From contig BROI01000033.1 in NCBI GenBank assembly GCA_027923505.1, forward strand, positions 248,001 to 278,135: 30,135 nucleotides of DNA, written 5' to 3'. A program made the position numbers and the translations under genes. Source of the stretch: Mayamaea pseudoterrestris (lineage: Eukaryota). The notes beneath the pieces were generated by a model. The model saw only the letters and a program-made list of their open reading frames with translations. It did not search any database and was not told the DNA's origin. Positions within the stretch are counted from its first letter, which is position 1, and each line of letters begins with the position of its first letter. Below are positions 1 through 11,306 of the stretch, one piece after another.

Positions 1-280
1 GTTAATAGGTATGCATAAAGGATGTAGGATGTGCAATCCATTCAATGGTACACCTTCAATTCTCCAGTAAAATGACCGGGGTTGGGTTGTGTTGGATGGT
101 GGCTGGTGGACCACATGGTTTTCAGTTATTACACTCAATAGCCATACCCATTTGCCAGCCTGCTTCAATATGAGTCTCTGCAGTTATAAGGCATGCATTA
201 AAGATGGTTGATGTGCAATCCATTCAATGGTAAACCTTCGAACCCTCCAGCAAAATGACCGGGGTTGCGATGTGTTGAAT

Positions 281-2034
281 GGTGGCTGGTGGACCATATG
301 GTTTTCAGTTTTTACACTCAATAGCTAACCCACAGGCCAGCCAGCTTCAATATGAGTCTCTGCGGTGATTAGGCATGCATAAAGGATGTAGGATGTGCAA
401 TCCATTCAATAGTACACCATCAAACCCTCCAGCAAAATGACTGGGGTTGGGTTGTGATGGAAGGTGGCTGTTGGACCACATGGTTTTCAGTTTTTACACT
501 CGATAGCCATACCCATGGGCCAGCCAGCTTCAATGTGAGTCTCTGCGGTTATTAGGCATGCATTAAGAATTTATGATGCGCAATCCATTCAATGGTACAC
601 CTTCAAACCCTCCAGTAAATTGACCGGGGTTGTGTTGTGTTGGATGGTGGCTGGTGGCTGGTGGACCGTTTGGTTTTTCTTACACTCAATAGCCATACCC
701 ATTTGCCAGCCAGCTTCAGTATGAGTCTCTGCGGTTATTAGGCGTGCATTAAGGATGTAGGATGTGCAATCCAGTCAATGGTACACCCTCAAACACTCCA
801 GCAAAATGACCGGGGTTGGGTTGTGTTGAATGGTGGCTGGTGGACCACATGGTTATCAGTTTTTACACTCACAGTCAATAGCCATATCCACGGGCCAGCC
901 AGCTTCAATATGAGTCTCTATGGTTATAAAGGCATGCATTAAGAATGTAGGATGTGCAATCCATTCAATGGTGTTATCCCAAATCCTCGAGCAAAATGAC
1001 TGGTGTTGCGATGTGTTGGATGGTGGCTGGTGAACCATATGGTTTTCAGTTTTTACACTCAATAGCTAACCCACGGGCCAGCCAGCTTCAATATGAGTCT
1101 CTGCGGTTATTAGGCATGTATTAAGGATGTAGGATGGGCAATTCAATCAATGGTGTTGGTGGCTGGTGGACCATATGGTTTTCAGTTTTTACACTCAATA
1201 GCTAACCCACAGGCCAGCCAGCTTCAATATGAGTCTCTGCGGTGATTAGGCATGCATAAAGGATGTAGGATGTGCAATCCATTCAATAGTACACCATCAA
1301 ACCCTCCAGCAAAATGACTGGGGTTGGGTTGTGATGGAAGGTGGCTGTTGGACCACATGGTTTTCAGTTTTTACACTCGATAGCCATACCCATGGGCCAG
1401 CCAGCTTCAATGTGAGTCTCTGCGGTTATTAGGCATGCATTAAGAATTTATGATGCGCAATCCATTCAATGGTACACCTTCAAACCCTCCAGTAAATTGA
1501 CCGGGGTTGTGTTGTGTTGGATGGTGGCTGGTGGCTGGTGGACCGTTTGGTTTTTCTTACACTCAATAGCCATACCCATTTGCCAGCCAGCTTCAGTATG
1601 AGTCTCTGCGGTTATTAGGCGTGCATTAAGGATGTAGGATGTGCAATCCAGTCAATGGTACACCCTCAAACACTCCAGCAAAATGACCGGGGTTGGGTTG
1701 TGTTGAATGGTGGCTGGTGGACCACATGGTTATCAGTTTTTACACTCACAGTCAATAGCCATATCCACGGGCCAGCCAGCTTCAATATGAGTCTCTATGG
1801 TTATAAAGGCATGCATTAAGAATGTAGGATGTGCAATCCATTCAATGGTGTTATCCCAAATCCTCGAGCAAAATGACTGGTGTTGCGATGTGTTGGATGG
1901 TGGCTGGTGAACCATATGGTTTTCAGTTTTTACACTCAATAGCTAACCCACGGGCCAGCCAGCTTCAATATGAGTCTCTGCGGTTATTAGGCATGTATTA
2001 AGGATGTAGGATGGGCAATTCAATCAATGGTGTT
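281..2034 (+). repeat. 877-bp tandem duplication within SatA (281-1157, 1158-2034), out of monomer register
   Basis: ORFs 856..1062 and 1733..1939 are identical (offset 877). Both copies share private indels (GGTGGCTGGTGGCTGG, CTCACAGTCAATAG). The junction AATGGTGTT|GGTGGCTGG lies at 1157/1158. Confidence 0.93.
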
Positions 2035-2042
2035 ATCCCAAA

Positions 2043-2070
2043 AGGATGTAGGATGTAGGATGTAGGATGT
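2043..2070 (+). repeat. (AGGATGT)4 local expansion of the SatA internal heptamer
   Basis: Four copies here versus two in normal monomers, at a point where a truncated monomer restarts. Confidence 0.9.
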
Positions 2071-3045
2071 GCAATCCATTCAATGGTACACCCTCAAATC
2101 CTCCAGCAAAATGACTGGGGTTGGGTTGTGATGGATGGTGGCTGTTGGACAACATGGTTTTCAGTTTTTACACTCGATAGCCATACCCATGGGCCAGCCA
2201 GCTTCAATAAGAGTCTCTGCGGTTATTAGGCATGCATTAAGAATTTATGATGCGCAATCCATTCAATGGTACACCTTCGAACCCTCCAGTAAATTGACTG
2301 GGGTTGTGTTGTGTTGGATGGTGGCTGGTGGACCGTTTGGTTTTCAGTTTTTACACTCAATAACCATACCCATTTGCCAGCCAGCTTCAATTTGAGTCTC
2401 TGCGGTTATTAGGCATGCATTAAGGATGTAGGATGTGCAATCCATTCAATGGTACGCCCTCAAACACTCCAGCAAAATGACCGGGGTTGGGTTGTGTTGA
2501 ATGGTGGCTGGTGGACCACATGGTTATCAGTTTTTACACTCAATAGCCGTATGCACGGGCCAGCCAGCTTCAATATGAGTCTCTGCGGTTATAAGGCATG
2601 CCTTAAGAATGTAGGATGTGCAATCCATTCAATGGTACACCCTCAAACCCTCCAGCAAAATGACCGGGGTTGGGTTGTGTTGGATGGTGGCTGGTGGACC
2701 ACATGGGTTTCAGTTTTTACACTCAACAGCCATATCCACGGGCCAGCCAGCTTCAAAAAGAGTCTCTGCGGTTATCAAGGCATGCATTAAGAATGTAGGA
2801 TGTGCAATCCATTCAATGGTAAACCGTCAAACTTACCAGCAATATGACCGGGGTTGGGTTGTGTTGGATGGTGACTGGTGGACCACATGGTTTTCAGTTT
2901 TTACACTCAATAGCCATACCCATTTGCCAACCAGCTTCAATAAGAGTCTCTGCAAATATTAGGCATGCATAAAGGATGTTGGATGTGCAATCCATTCAAT
3001 GGTACACCTTCAAACCCTCCAGCAAAATGACTGTGGTTGGGTTGT

Positions 3046-5482
3046 ACAGATGCAATGACCTTCAAACGCCCCTACAGCAAGCCCTGTAGGTGCCCAAAAT
3101 ACACCAGAATGGTGTCAACATCATTATTCGGGCTGCGCTACAAGATGGTAGGCTTGGTTGGTGTCTCAGGGGATGACAATGTATCTGGTGACAACTTGTC
3201 ACCATTCACAGCCCGCAGATGCTGTGACATTCAAACGTCCCTACAGCAAGCCCTGTAGGTTCCTAAAATACACCAGAATGGTGCCAACATCATTATTCAG
3301 GCTGAGCGACAAGATGGTAGGCTTGGCTGGTGTCTCAGGGGATGGCAATGTATTTGGTGACAACTTGTCACCAGTCTCAGCCCGCAGATGCTGGACATTC
3401 AAACACCCCTACAGCAAGCCCTGTAGGTGCCCAATATACACCAGAATGGTGCCAACATCATTATTCAGGATGCGCTACAAGATGGTAGGCTTGGCTGGTG
3501 TCTCAGGGGATGGCAATGTATTTGGTGACAACTTGTCACCAGTCTCAGCCCGCAGATGCTGGACATTCAAACACCCCTACAGCAAGCCCTGTAGGTGCCC
3601 AAAATACACCAAAATGGTGCCAACATCATTATTCAGGCTGCGCTACAAGATGGTAGGCTTGGCTGGTGTCTCAGGGGATGGCAATGTATTTGGTGACAAC
3701 TTGTCACCAGTCTCAGTCCGCAGATGCCGTGACATTCAAACGCCCCTACAGCGAGCCCTGTAGGTACCTAAAATACACCAGAATGGTGCCAACATCATTA
3801 TTCAGGCTGCGCTACAAGATGGTAGGCTTAGCGGGTGTCTCAGGGGATGGCAATGTATTTGGTGACAACTTGTCACCAGTCTCAGCCCGCAGATGCTGGA
3901 CATTCAAACACCCCTACAGCAAGCCCTGTAGGTGCCCAAAATACACCAGAATGGTGCCAACATCATTATTCAGGCTGCGCTACAAGATGGTAGGCTTGGC
4001 TGGTGTCTCAGGGGATGGCAATGTATTTGGTGACAACTTGTCACCAGTCTCAGCCCGCAGATGCCGTGACATTCAAACGCCACTACAGCAAGCCCTGTAG
4101 GTGCCCAAAATACACAAGAATGGTGCCAACATCATTATTCAGGATGCGCAACAAGATGGTAGGCTTGGCTGGTGTCTCAGGGGATGGCAATGTATTTGGT
4201 GACAACTTGTCACCAGTCTCAGCCCGCAGATGCCGTGACATTCAAACGCCCCTACAGCAAGCCCTGTAGGTGCCCCAAATACACCAGAATGGTGCCAACA
4301 TCCTTATTCAGGCTGCGCTACAAGATGGTAGGCTTGACTAGTGTCTCAGGGGATGGCAATGTATTTGGTGACAACTTGTCACCAGTCTAAGCCCGCTGAT
4401 GTTGTGACATTCAAACGCCCCTACAGCAAGCCCTGTAGGTGCCCAAAATACACCAGAATGGTGCGAACATCATTATTCAGGCTGCGCTACAAGATGGTAG
4501 GCTTGGCTGGTGTCTCAGGGGATGGCAATGTATTTGGTGACAACTTGTCACCAGTCTCAGCCCGCAGATGCCGTGACATTCAAACGCCCCTACAGCAAGC
4601 CCTGTAAGTTCCCAAAATACACCAGAATGGTGCCAACATCATTATTCAGGCTGCGCTACAAGATGGTAGGCTTGGCTGGTGTCTCAGGGGATGGCAATGT
4701 ATTTGGTGACAACTTGTCACCAGTCTCAGCCCGCAGATGCCTTGACATTCAAACGCCCCTACAGCAAGCCCTGTAGGTGCCCAATATATACCAGAATGGT
4801 GCCAACATCATTATTCAGGATGCGCTACAAGATGGTAGGCTTAGCTGGTGTCTCAGGGGATGGCAATGTATTTAGTGACAACTTGTCACCAGTCTCAGCC
4901 TGCAGATGCCGTGACATTCAAACGCCCCTACAGCAAGCCCTGTAGGTGCCCAAAATACACCAGAATGGTGCCAACATCATTATTCAGGCTGCTCTACAAG
5001 ATGGTAGGCTTGGCTGGTGTCTCAGGGGATGGCAATGTATTTGGTGACAACTTGTCACCAGTCTCAGCCCACAGATGCCGTGACATTCAAACGCCCCTAC
5101 AGCAAGCCCTATAGGTGCCCAAAATACACCAGAATGATGCCTACATCATTATATAGGCTGCGCTACAAGATGGTAGGCTGGGCTGGTGTCTCAGGGGATG
5201 GCAATGTATTTGGTGACAACTTATCACCAGTCTCAGCCCGCAGATGTTGTGACATTCAAATTCCCCTTCAGCAAGCCCTGTAGGTGCCAAAAATACACCA
5301 GAATGGTGCCTACATCATTATTTAGGCTGCGCTACAAGATGGTAGGCTTGGATGGTGTCTCAGGGGATGGCAATGTATTTGGTGACAACTTGTCACCAGT
5401 CTCAGCCTGCAGATGCTGTGAGATTCAAACGCCCCTACAGCAAGCCCTGTAGGTGCCCGAAATACACCAGAATGGTGCCAAC
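3046..5482 (+). repeat. SatB tandem satellite array, 169-bp monomer, ~14.4 copies, orientation defined here as +
   Basis: Exact 169-bp period (ORF starts 4003, 4172, 4341, 4510, 4679, 4848, 5017, 5186). Monomer TAGGTGCCCAAAATACACCAGAATGGTGCC...CCTACAGCAAGCCCTG. Confidence 0.98.
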
Positions 5483-8400
5483 TCATATTGAAGGTGGCTG
5501 GCCCATGGGTATGGCAATTGAGTGTAAAAACTGAAAACCATGCGGTCCACCAGCCACCATTCAACACAACCCAACTCCGGTCATTTTACTGGAGGGTTTG
5601 TAGGTGTACCATTGAATGGATTGCACATCCATCATCCTTAATGCATGCCTAATAACCACAGAGACTCATATTGAAGCTGGCTGGCCCATGGGTATGGCTA
5701 TTGAGTGTAAACTGAAAACCATGTGGTCCACCAGCCGCCCTTCAACACAACCCAACCCCAGTCATTTTACTGGACGGTTTGAAGGTGTACCATTGAATGG
5801 ATTGCACATACTACATCCTTAATGCATGCCTTATAACCGCAGAGACTCATATTGAAGCTGGCTGGCCCGTGGGTATGGCTATTGAGTGTAAAAACTGAAA
5901 ACCATGTGGTCCACCAGCCACCATTCAACACAACCCAACCCTGGTCATTTTGCTGGACAGTTTGAGGGTGTACCATTGAATGGATTGCACATCCATCATC
6001 CTTAATGCATGCCAAGTAACCGCAGTGACTCATATTGAAGCTGGCTGGCCCATGGGTATGGCTATTGAGTGTAAACTGAAAACCATGTGGTCCACCAGCC
6101 ACCCTTCAACACAACCCAACCCCAGTCATTTTACTGGACGGTTTGAAGGTGTACCATTGAATGGATTGCACATCCTACATCCTTAATGCATGCCTTATAA
6201 CCGCAGAGACTCATATTGAAGCTGGCTGGTCCATGGGTATGGCTATTGAGTGTAAAAACTGAAAACCATGTGGTCCACCAGCCACCATTCAACACAACCC
6301 AACCCTGGTCATTTTGCCGGAGGGTTTGAGGGTGTACCATTGAATGGATTGCACATTCATCATCCTTTATGCATGCCAAGTAACCGCAGTGACTCATATT
6401 GAAGCTGGCTGGCCCATGGGTATGGCGATTGAGTGTAAAAACTGAAAACCATGGGGTCCACCAGCCACCATTCAACACAACCAAACTCCAGTCATTTTGC
6501 TGGAGGGTTTAGTAGAACACCATTGATTGAAATGCCCATCCTACATCCTTAATACATGCCTAATAACCGCAGAGACTCATATTAAAGCTGCTGGCCCATG
6601 GATATGGCTATTGAGTGTAAAATCTGAAAACCATGTGGTCCACCAGCCACCACCAACACAACCCAACCCCAGTCATCTTGCTGGAGGGTTTGAAGGTGTA
6701 TTATTGAATGGATTGCACATCCTACATCCTTAATGCATGCCCAATAACCGCAGAGACTCATATTGAAGCTGCTGGCCCATGGGTATGGCTATTGAGTGTA
6801 AAAACTGAAAACCATATGGTCCACCAGCCACCATTCAACACAACCCAACCCCAGTCATTTTACTGGACGAATTGAAGGTGTACCATTGAATGGATTGCAC
6901 ATCCTACATCCTTTATGCATACCTATTAACCGCAGAGACTCATATTGAAGCTGGCTGGCAAATGGGTATGGCTATTGAGTGTACAAACTGAAAACCATGT
7001 GGTCCAGCCACCATCCAACACAACCCAACCACGGTCATTTTGCTGGAGAGTTTGACGGTGTACCATTGAATGGATTGCACATCCATCATTCCTTATGCAT
7101 GCCTAGTAACCGCAGAGACTCATATTGAAGCTGGCTGGCCCATGGGTATGGCGATTGAGTGTAAAAACTGAAAACCATGTGGTCCACCAGCCACCATTCA
7201 ACACAACCCAACTATGGTCATTTTGCTGGAGGGTTTGGAAGAACACCATTAATTGAATTGCACATCCAACATCCTTAATGCATGCCCAATAACCGCAGAG
7301 ACTCATATTGAAGCTGGCTGGCCCATGGGTATGGCTATTGAGTGTAAAAACTGAAAACCATGTGGTCCACCAGCCACCATTCAACACAACCCAACCCCAG
7401 TCATTTTACTGGACGAATTGAAGGTGTACCATTGAATGGATTGCACATCCTACATCCTTTATGCATGCCTAATAACCGCAGAGACTCATATTGAAGCTGG
7501 CTGGCCCGTGGGTATGGCTATTGAGTGTAAAAACTGGAAATCATGTGATCCACCAATTACCACCAACACAACCCAACCCAACCCCAGTCATTTTGCTGGA
7601 GGGTTTGGAAGAACACCATTGAATGGATTGCACATCCATCATCCGTTATGCATGCCTAGTAACCGCAGAGACTCATATTGAAGCTGGCTGGCCCATGGGT
7701 ATGGCTATTGAGTGTAAACTGAAAACCATGTGGTCCACCAGCCACCATCCAACACATCGCAACCCCAGTCATTTTGCTAGAGGGTTCGAAGGTGTACCAT
7801 TGAAAGGATTGCACATCAATCATCTTTAATGCATGCCTTATAACCGCAGAGACTCATATTGAAGCTGGCTGGCAAATGGGTATGGCTATTGAGTGTACAA
7901 ACTGAAAACCATGTGGTCCACCAGCCACCATCCAACACAACCCAACCCCAGTCAATTTGCTGGAGGGTTTGAAGGTGTACCATTAAATAAATTGCACAAT
8001 TAACATCCCTTTTGCATGCCTAGTAACCGCAGAGACTCATATTGAAGGTGGCTGGCCCATGGGTATGGCAATTGAGTGTAAAAACTGAAAACCATGTGGT
8101 CCACCAGCCACCATCAACACAACCCAACTCCGGTCATTTTGTGGGAGCGTTTGAAAGAACACCATTGATTGATTTGCAGATCCTACATCCTTTATGCATT
8201 TCTAGTAACCGCAGAGACTCATATTGAAGCTGGCTGGCCCATGGGTATGGCTATTGAGTGTAAAAACTGAAAACCATGTGATCCACCAGCCACCGTTCAA
8301 CACAACCCAACCCGGGTCATTTTGCTGGAGGGTTTGAGGGTGTACCATTAAATGGATTGCACATCCTACATCCTTAATGCATGCCTAATAACCGCAGAGA

Positions 8401-9041
8401 CTCATATTGAAGCTGGCTGGCCCGTGGGTATGGCTATTGAGTGTAAAACTGGAAACCATGTGGTCCACCAACCACCACCAACACAACCCAACCACGGTCA
8501 TTTTGCTTGAGGGTTTGGAAGAACACCATTGAATGAATTGCACATCCATCATCCCTTATGCATGCCTAGTAAACCGCAGAGACTCATATTGAAGCTGGCT
8601 GGCCCAAGGGTATGGCTATTGAGTGTAAAAACTGAAAACCATGTGGTCCACCAGCCACCATTCAACACAACTCAACCCTGGTCATTTTGCTGGAGGGTTT
8701 GTAAGTGTACTATTGAATGGATTACACATCCTACATCTCTTATGCATGCCTAGTATCCGCAGAGACTCATATTGAAGCGGGCTGGCCCATGGGTATGGCT
8801 ATTGAGTGTAAAACTGAAAACCATGTGGTCCACCAGCCACCATTCAACACAACCCATTTTGCTGGAGGGTTTAAAAATTACCCATTGAATGGATTGCACA
8901 TCCATCATCCTTAATGCATGCCTAATAACCGCAGAGACTCATATTGAAGCTGGCTGGTGAATGGGTATGGCTATTAAGTGTAAAACTGAAAACCATGTGG
9001 TCCACCAGCCACCATTCAAGACAACCCAACCCCGGTCATTT
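5481..9041 (-). repeat. SatA array, inverted; includes a 364-bp dimeric higher-order repeat at ~5600-6400
   Basis: Reverse complement of SatA (GAGACTCATATTGAAGCTGGCTGGCCCATGGG...). Near-identical ORFs at 5616 and 5980 are 364 bp apart. Confidence 0.97.
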
Positions 9042-10332
9042 AGGTGCCCAAATTACACCAGAATGGTGCCAACATCATTATTCAGGCTGCGCTACAAGAT
9101 GGTAGGCTTGGCTGGTGTCTCAGGGGATGGCAATGTATTTGGTGACAACTTGTCACCAGTCTCAGCCCGCAGATGCCATGACATTCAAATGCCCCTACAG
9201 CAAGCCCTGTAGGTGCCCAAAATACACCAGAATGGTGCCAACATCATTATTCCGGCTGTGCTACAAGGTGGTAGGCTTGGCTGGTGTCTCAGGGGATTGT
9301 ATTTGGTGACAACTTGTCACCAATCTCTGCCTGCATATGCGAAGACATTCAAATGCCCCTACAGCAAGCCCTGTAGGTGCCCAAAATTCACCAGAATGGT
9401 GCCAACATCATTATTCAGGCGGCGCTACAAGATGGTAGGCTTGGCTGGTGTCTCAGGGGATGGCAATGTATTTGGTGACAACTTGTCACCAGTCTCAGCC
9501 CACAGATGCCGTGACATTCAAACGCACCTACAAGCAAGCCCTGTAGGTGCCTAAAATATACCAGAATGGATCCAACATCATTATTCAGGCTGCGCTACAA
9601 GATGGTAGGCTTGGCTGGTGTCTCAGGGGAAGGCAATGTATTTGGTGATAACTTGTCACCAGTCTCAGCCTGCAGATGCTGTGACATAGGTGCCCAAATT
9701 ACACCAGAATGGTGCCAACATCATTATTCAGGCTGCGCTACAAGATGGTAGGCTTGGCTGGTGTCTCAGGGGATGGCAATGTATTTGGTGACAACTTGTC
9801 ACCAGTCTCAGCCCGCAGATGCCATGACATTCAAATGCCCCTACAGCAAGCCCTGTAGGTGCCCAAAATACACCAGAATGGTGCCAACATCATTATTCCG
9901 GCTGTGCTACAAGGTGGTAGGCTTGGCTGGTGTCTCAGGGGATTGTATTTGGTGACAACTTGTCACCAATCTCTGCCTGCATATGCGAAGACATTCAAAT
10001 GCCCCTACAGCAAGCCCTGTAGGTGCCCAAAATTCACCAGAATGGTGCCAACATCATTATTCAGGCGGCGCTACAAGATGGTAGGCTTGGCTGGTGTCTC
10101 AGGGGATGGCAATGTATTTGGTGACAACTTGTCACCAGTCTCAGCCCACAGATGCCGTGACATTCAAACGCACCTACAAGCAAGCCCTGTAGGTGCCTAA
10201 AATATACCAGAATGGATCCAACATCATTATTCAGGCTGCGCTACAAGATGGTAGGCTTGGCTGGTGTCTCAGGGGAAGGCAATGTATTTGGTGATAACTT
10301 GTCACCAGTCTCAGCCTGCAGATGCTGTGACA
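9041..10332 (+). repeat. SatB island consisting of two 646-bp copies (9041-9686, 9687-10332)
   Basis: ORF pairs 9115/9761, 9213/9859 and 9566/10212 are all offset by 646. Both copies share a 5-bp deletion (GGGGATTGTATT) and a 1-bp insertion (CCTACAAGCAAG). Confidence 0.96.
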
Positions 10333-11306
10333 ACGGTGTACCATTCAATGGATTGCACATCTTGCAACCTTTATGCATGCCTAATATCCGCAGAGACTCA
10401 TATTGAAGCTAACTGGCCCGTGGATATGGCTATTGAATGTAAAAACTGAAAATTATGTTGTCCACCAGCCACCACCTAACACAACCCAACCCCGGTCATT
10501 TTGCTGGAGGGTTTGTAGGTATACCATTGAATGCATTGCACATCCTACATCCTTAATGCATGCCTAATAACCGCAGAGACTCATATTAAAGCTGCTGGCC
10601 CATGGGTATGGCTATTGAGTGTAAAAACTGAATACCATGTGGTCCACCAGCCACCACCAACACAACCCAACCCCAGTCATTATGCTGGAGGGTTTAAGGG
10701 TGTACCATTGAATGGATTGCACATCCTACATCCTTAATGCATGCCTAATAATCGCAGAGACTCATATTGAAGCTGGCTGGCCCATGGGTATGGCTATTGA
10801 GTGTAAAAACTGAAAACCATGTGGTCCACCAGCCACCACCCAACTCGGGTCACTTTGCTGGAGGGTTTGGAAGAACACCATTGATTGAATTGCACATCCT
10901 ACATCCTGTATGCATACCTATTAACCGCAGAGACTCATATTGAAGCTGGCTGGCCCATGGGTATGGCTATTGAGTGTAAAAACTGAAAACCATGAGGTCC
11001 ACCAGCCACCATTCAACACAACTCAATCCTCGTAATTTTGCTGGAGGGTTTGAGGGTGTACCATTGAATACTATACACATCCTACATCCCTTATGCATGC
11101 CTAGTAACCGCAGAGACTCATATTGAAGCTGGCTGGCCCATGGGTATGGCTATTGAGTGTAAAAACTGAAAACCATGTGGTCCACCAGCCACCATCCATC
11201 ACAACCCAACCCCAGTCATTTTGCTGGAGGGTTTGAGGGTGTACCATTAAATGGATTGCCCATCCTACATCCTTAATGCATGCCTAATAATCGCAGAGAC
11301 TCATAT
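10333..11306 (-). repeat. SatA array, inverted (continuation of 5481-9041)
   Basis: Resumes in phase at ACGGTGTACCATT. Shares the variant ATTAAAGCTGCTGGCCC with the monomer at ~6580. Confidence 0.96.

Larger units (their letters stand above)
1..3045 (+). repeat. SatA tandem satellite array, ~183-bp monomer, orientation defined here as +
   Basis: Monomer ATGCATTAAGGATGTAGGATGTGCAATCCATTCAATGGTACAC...GAGTCTCTGCGGTTATTAGGC recurs at 11, 193, 375, 558 (182-183 bp). ORF 2449 repeats every 61 aa. The array ends at ...GGTTGGGTTGT (3045). Confidence 0.97.

Noticed and set aside
79..110. Telomere-like GGGGTTGGGTTG
   Set aside because: Only two units embedded in each monomer; not a telomeric tract.
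2449..2962. SatA is 61 codons long and one frame reads through adjacent monomers
   Set aside because: Many monomers carry the TATTAG stop variant or 1-2 bp indels, so there is no sign of frame preservation.
1..5482. Monomers as 5S rRNA, tRNA, snRNA or spliced-leader gene arrays
   Set aside because: No recognisable 5S, tRNA A/B-box or snRNA motifs; an Rfam/Infernal search would settle this formally.
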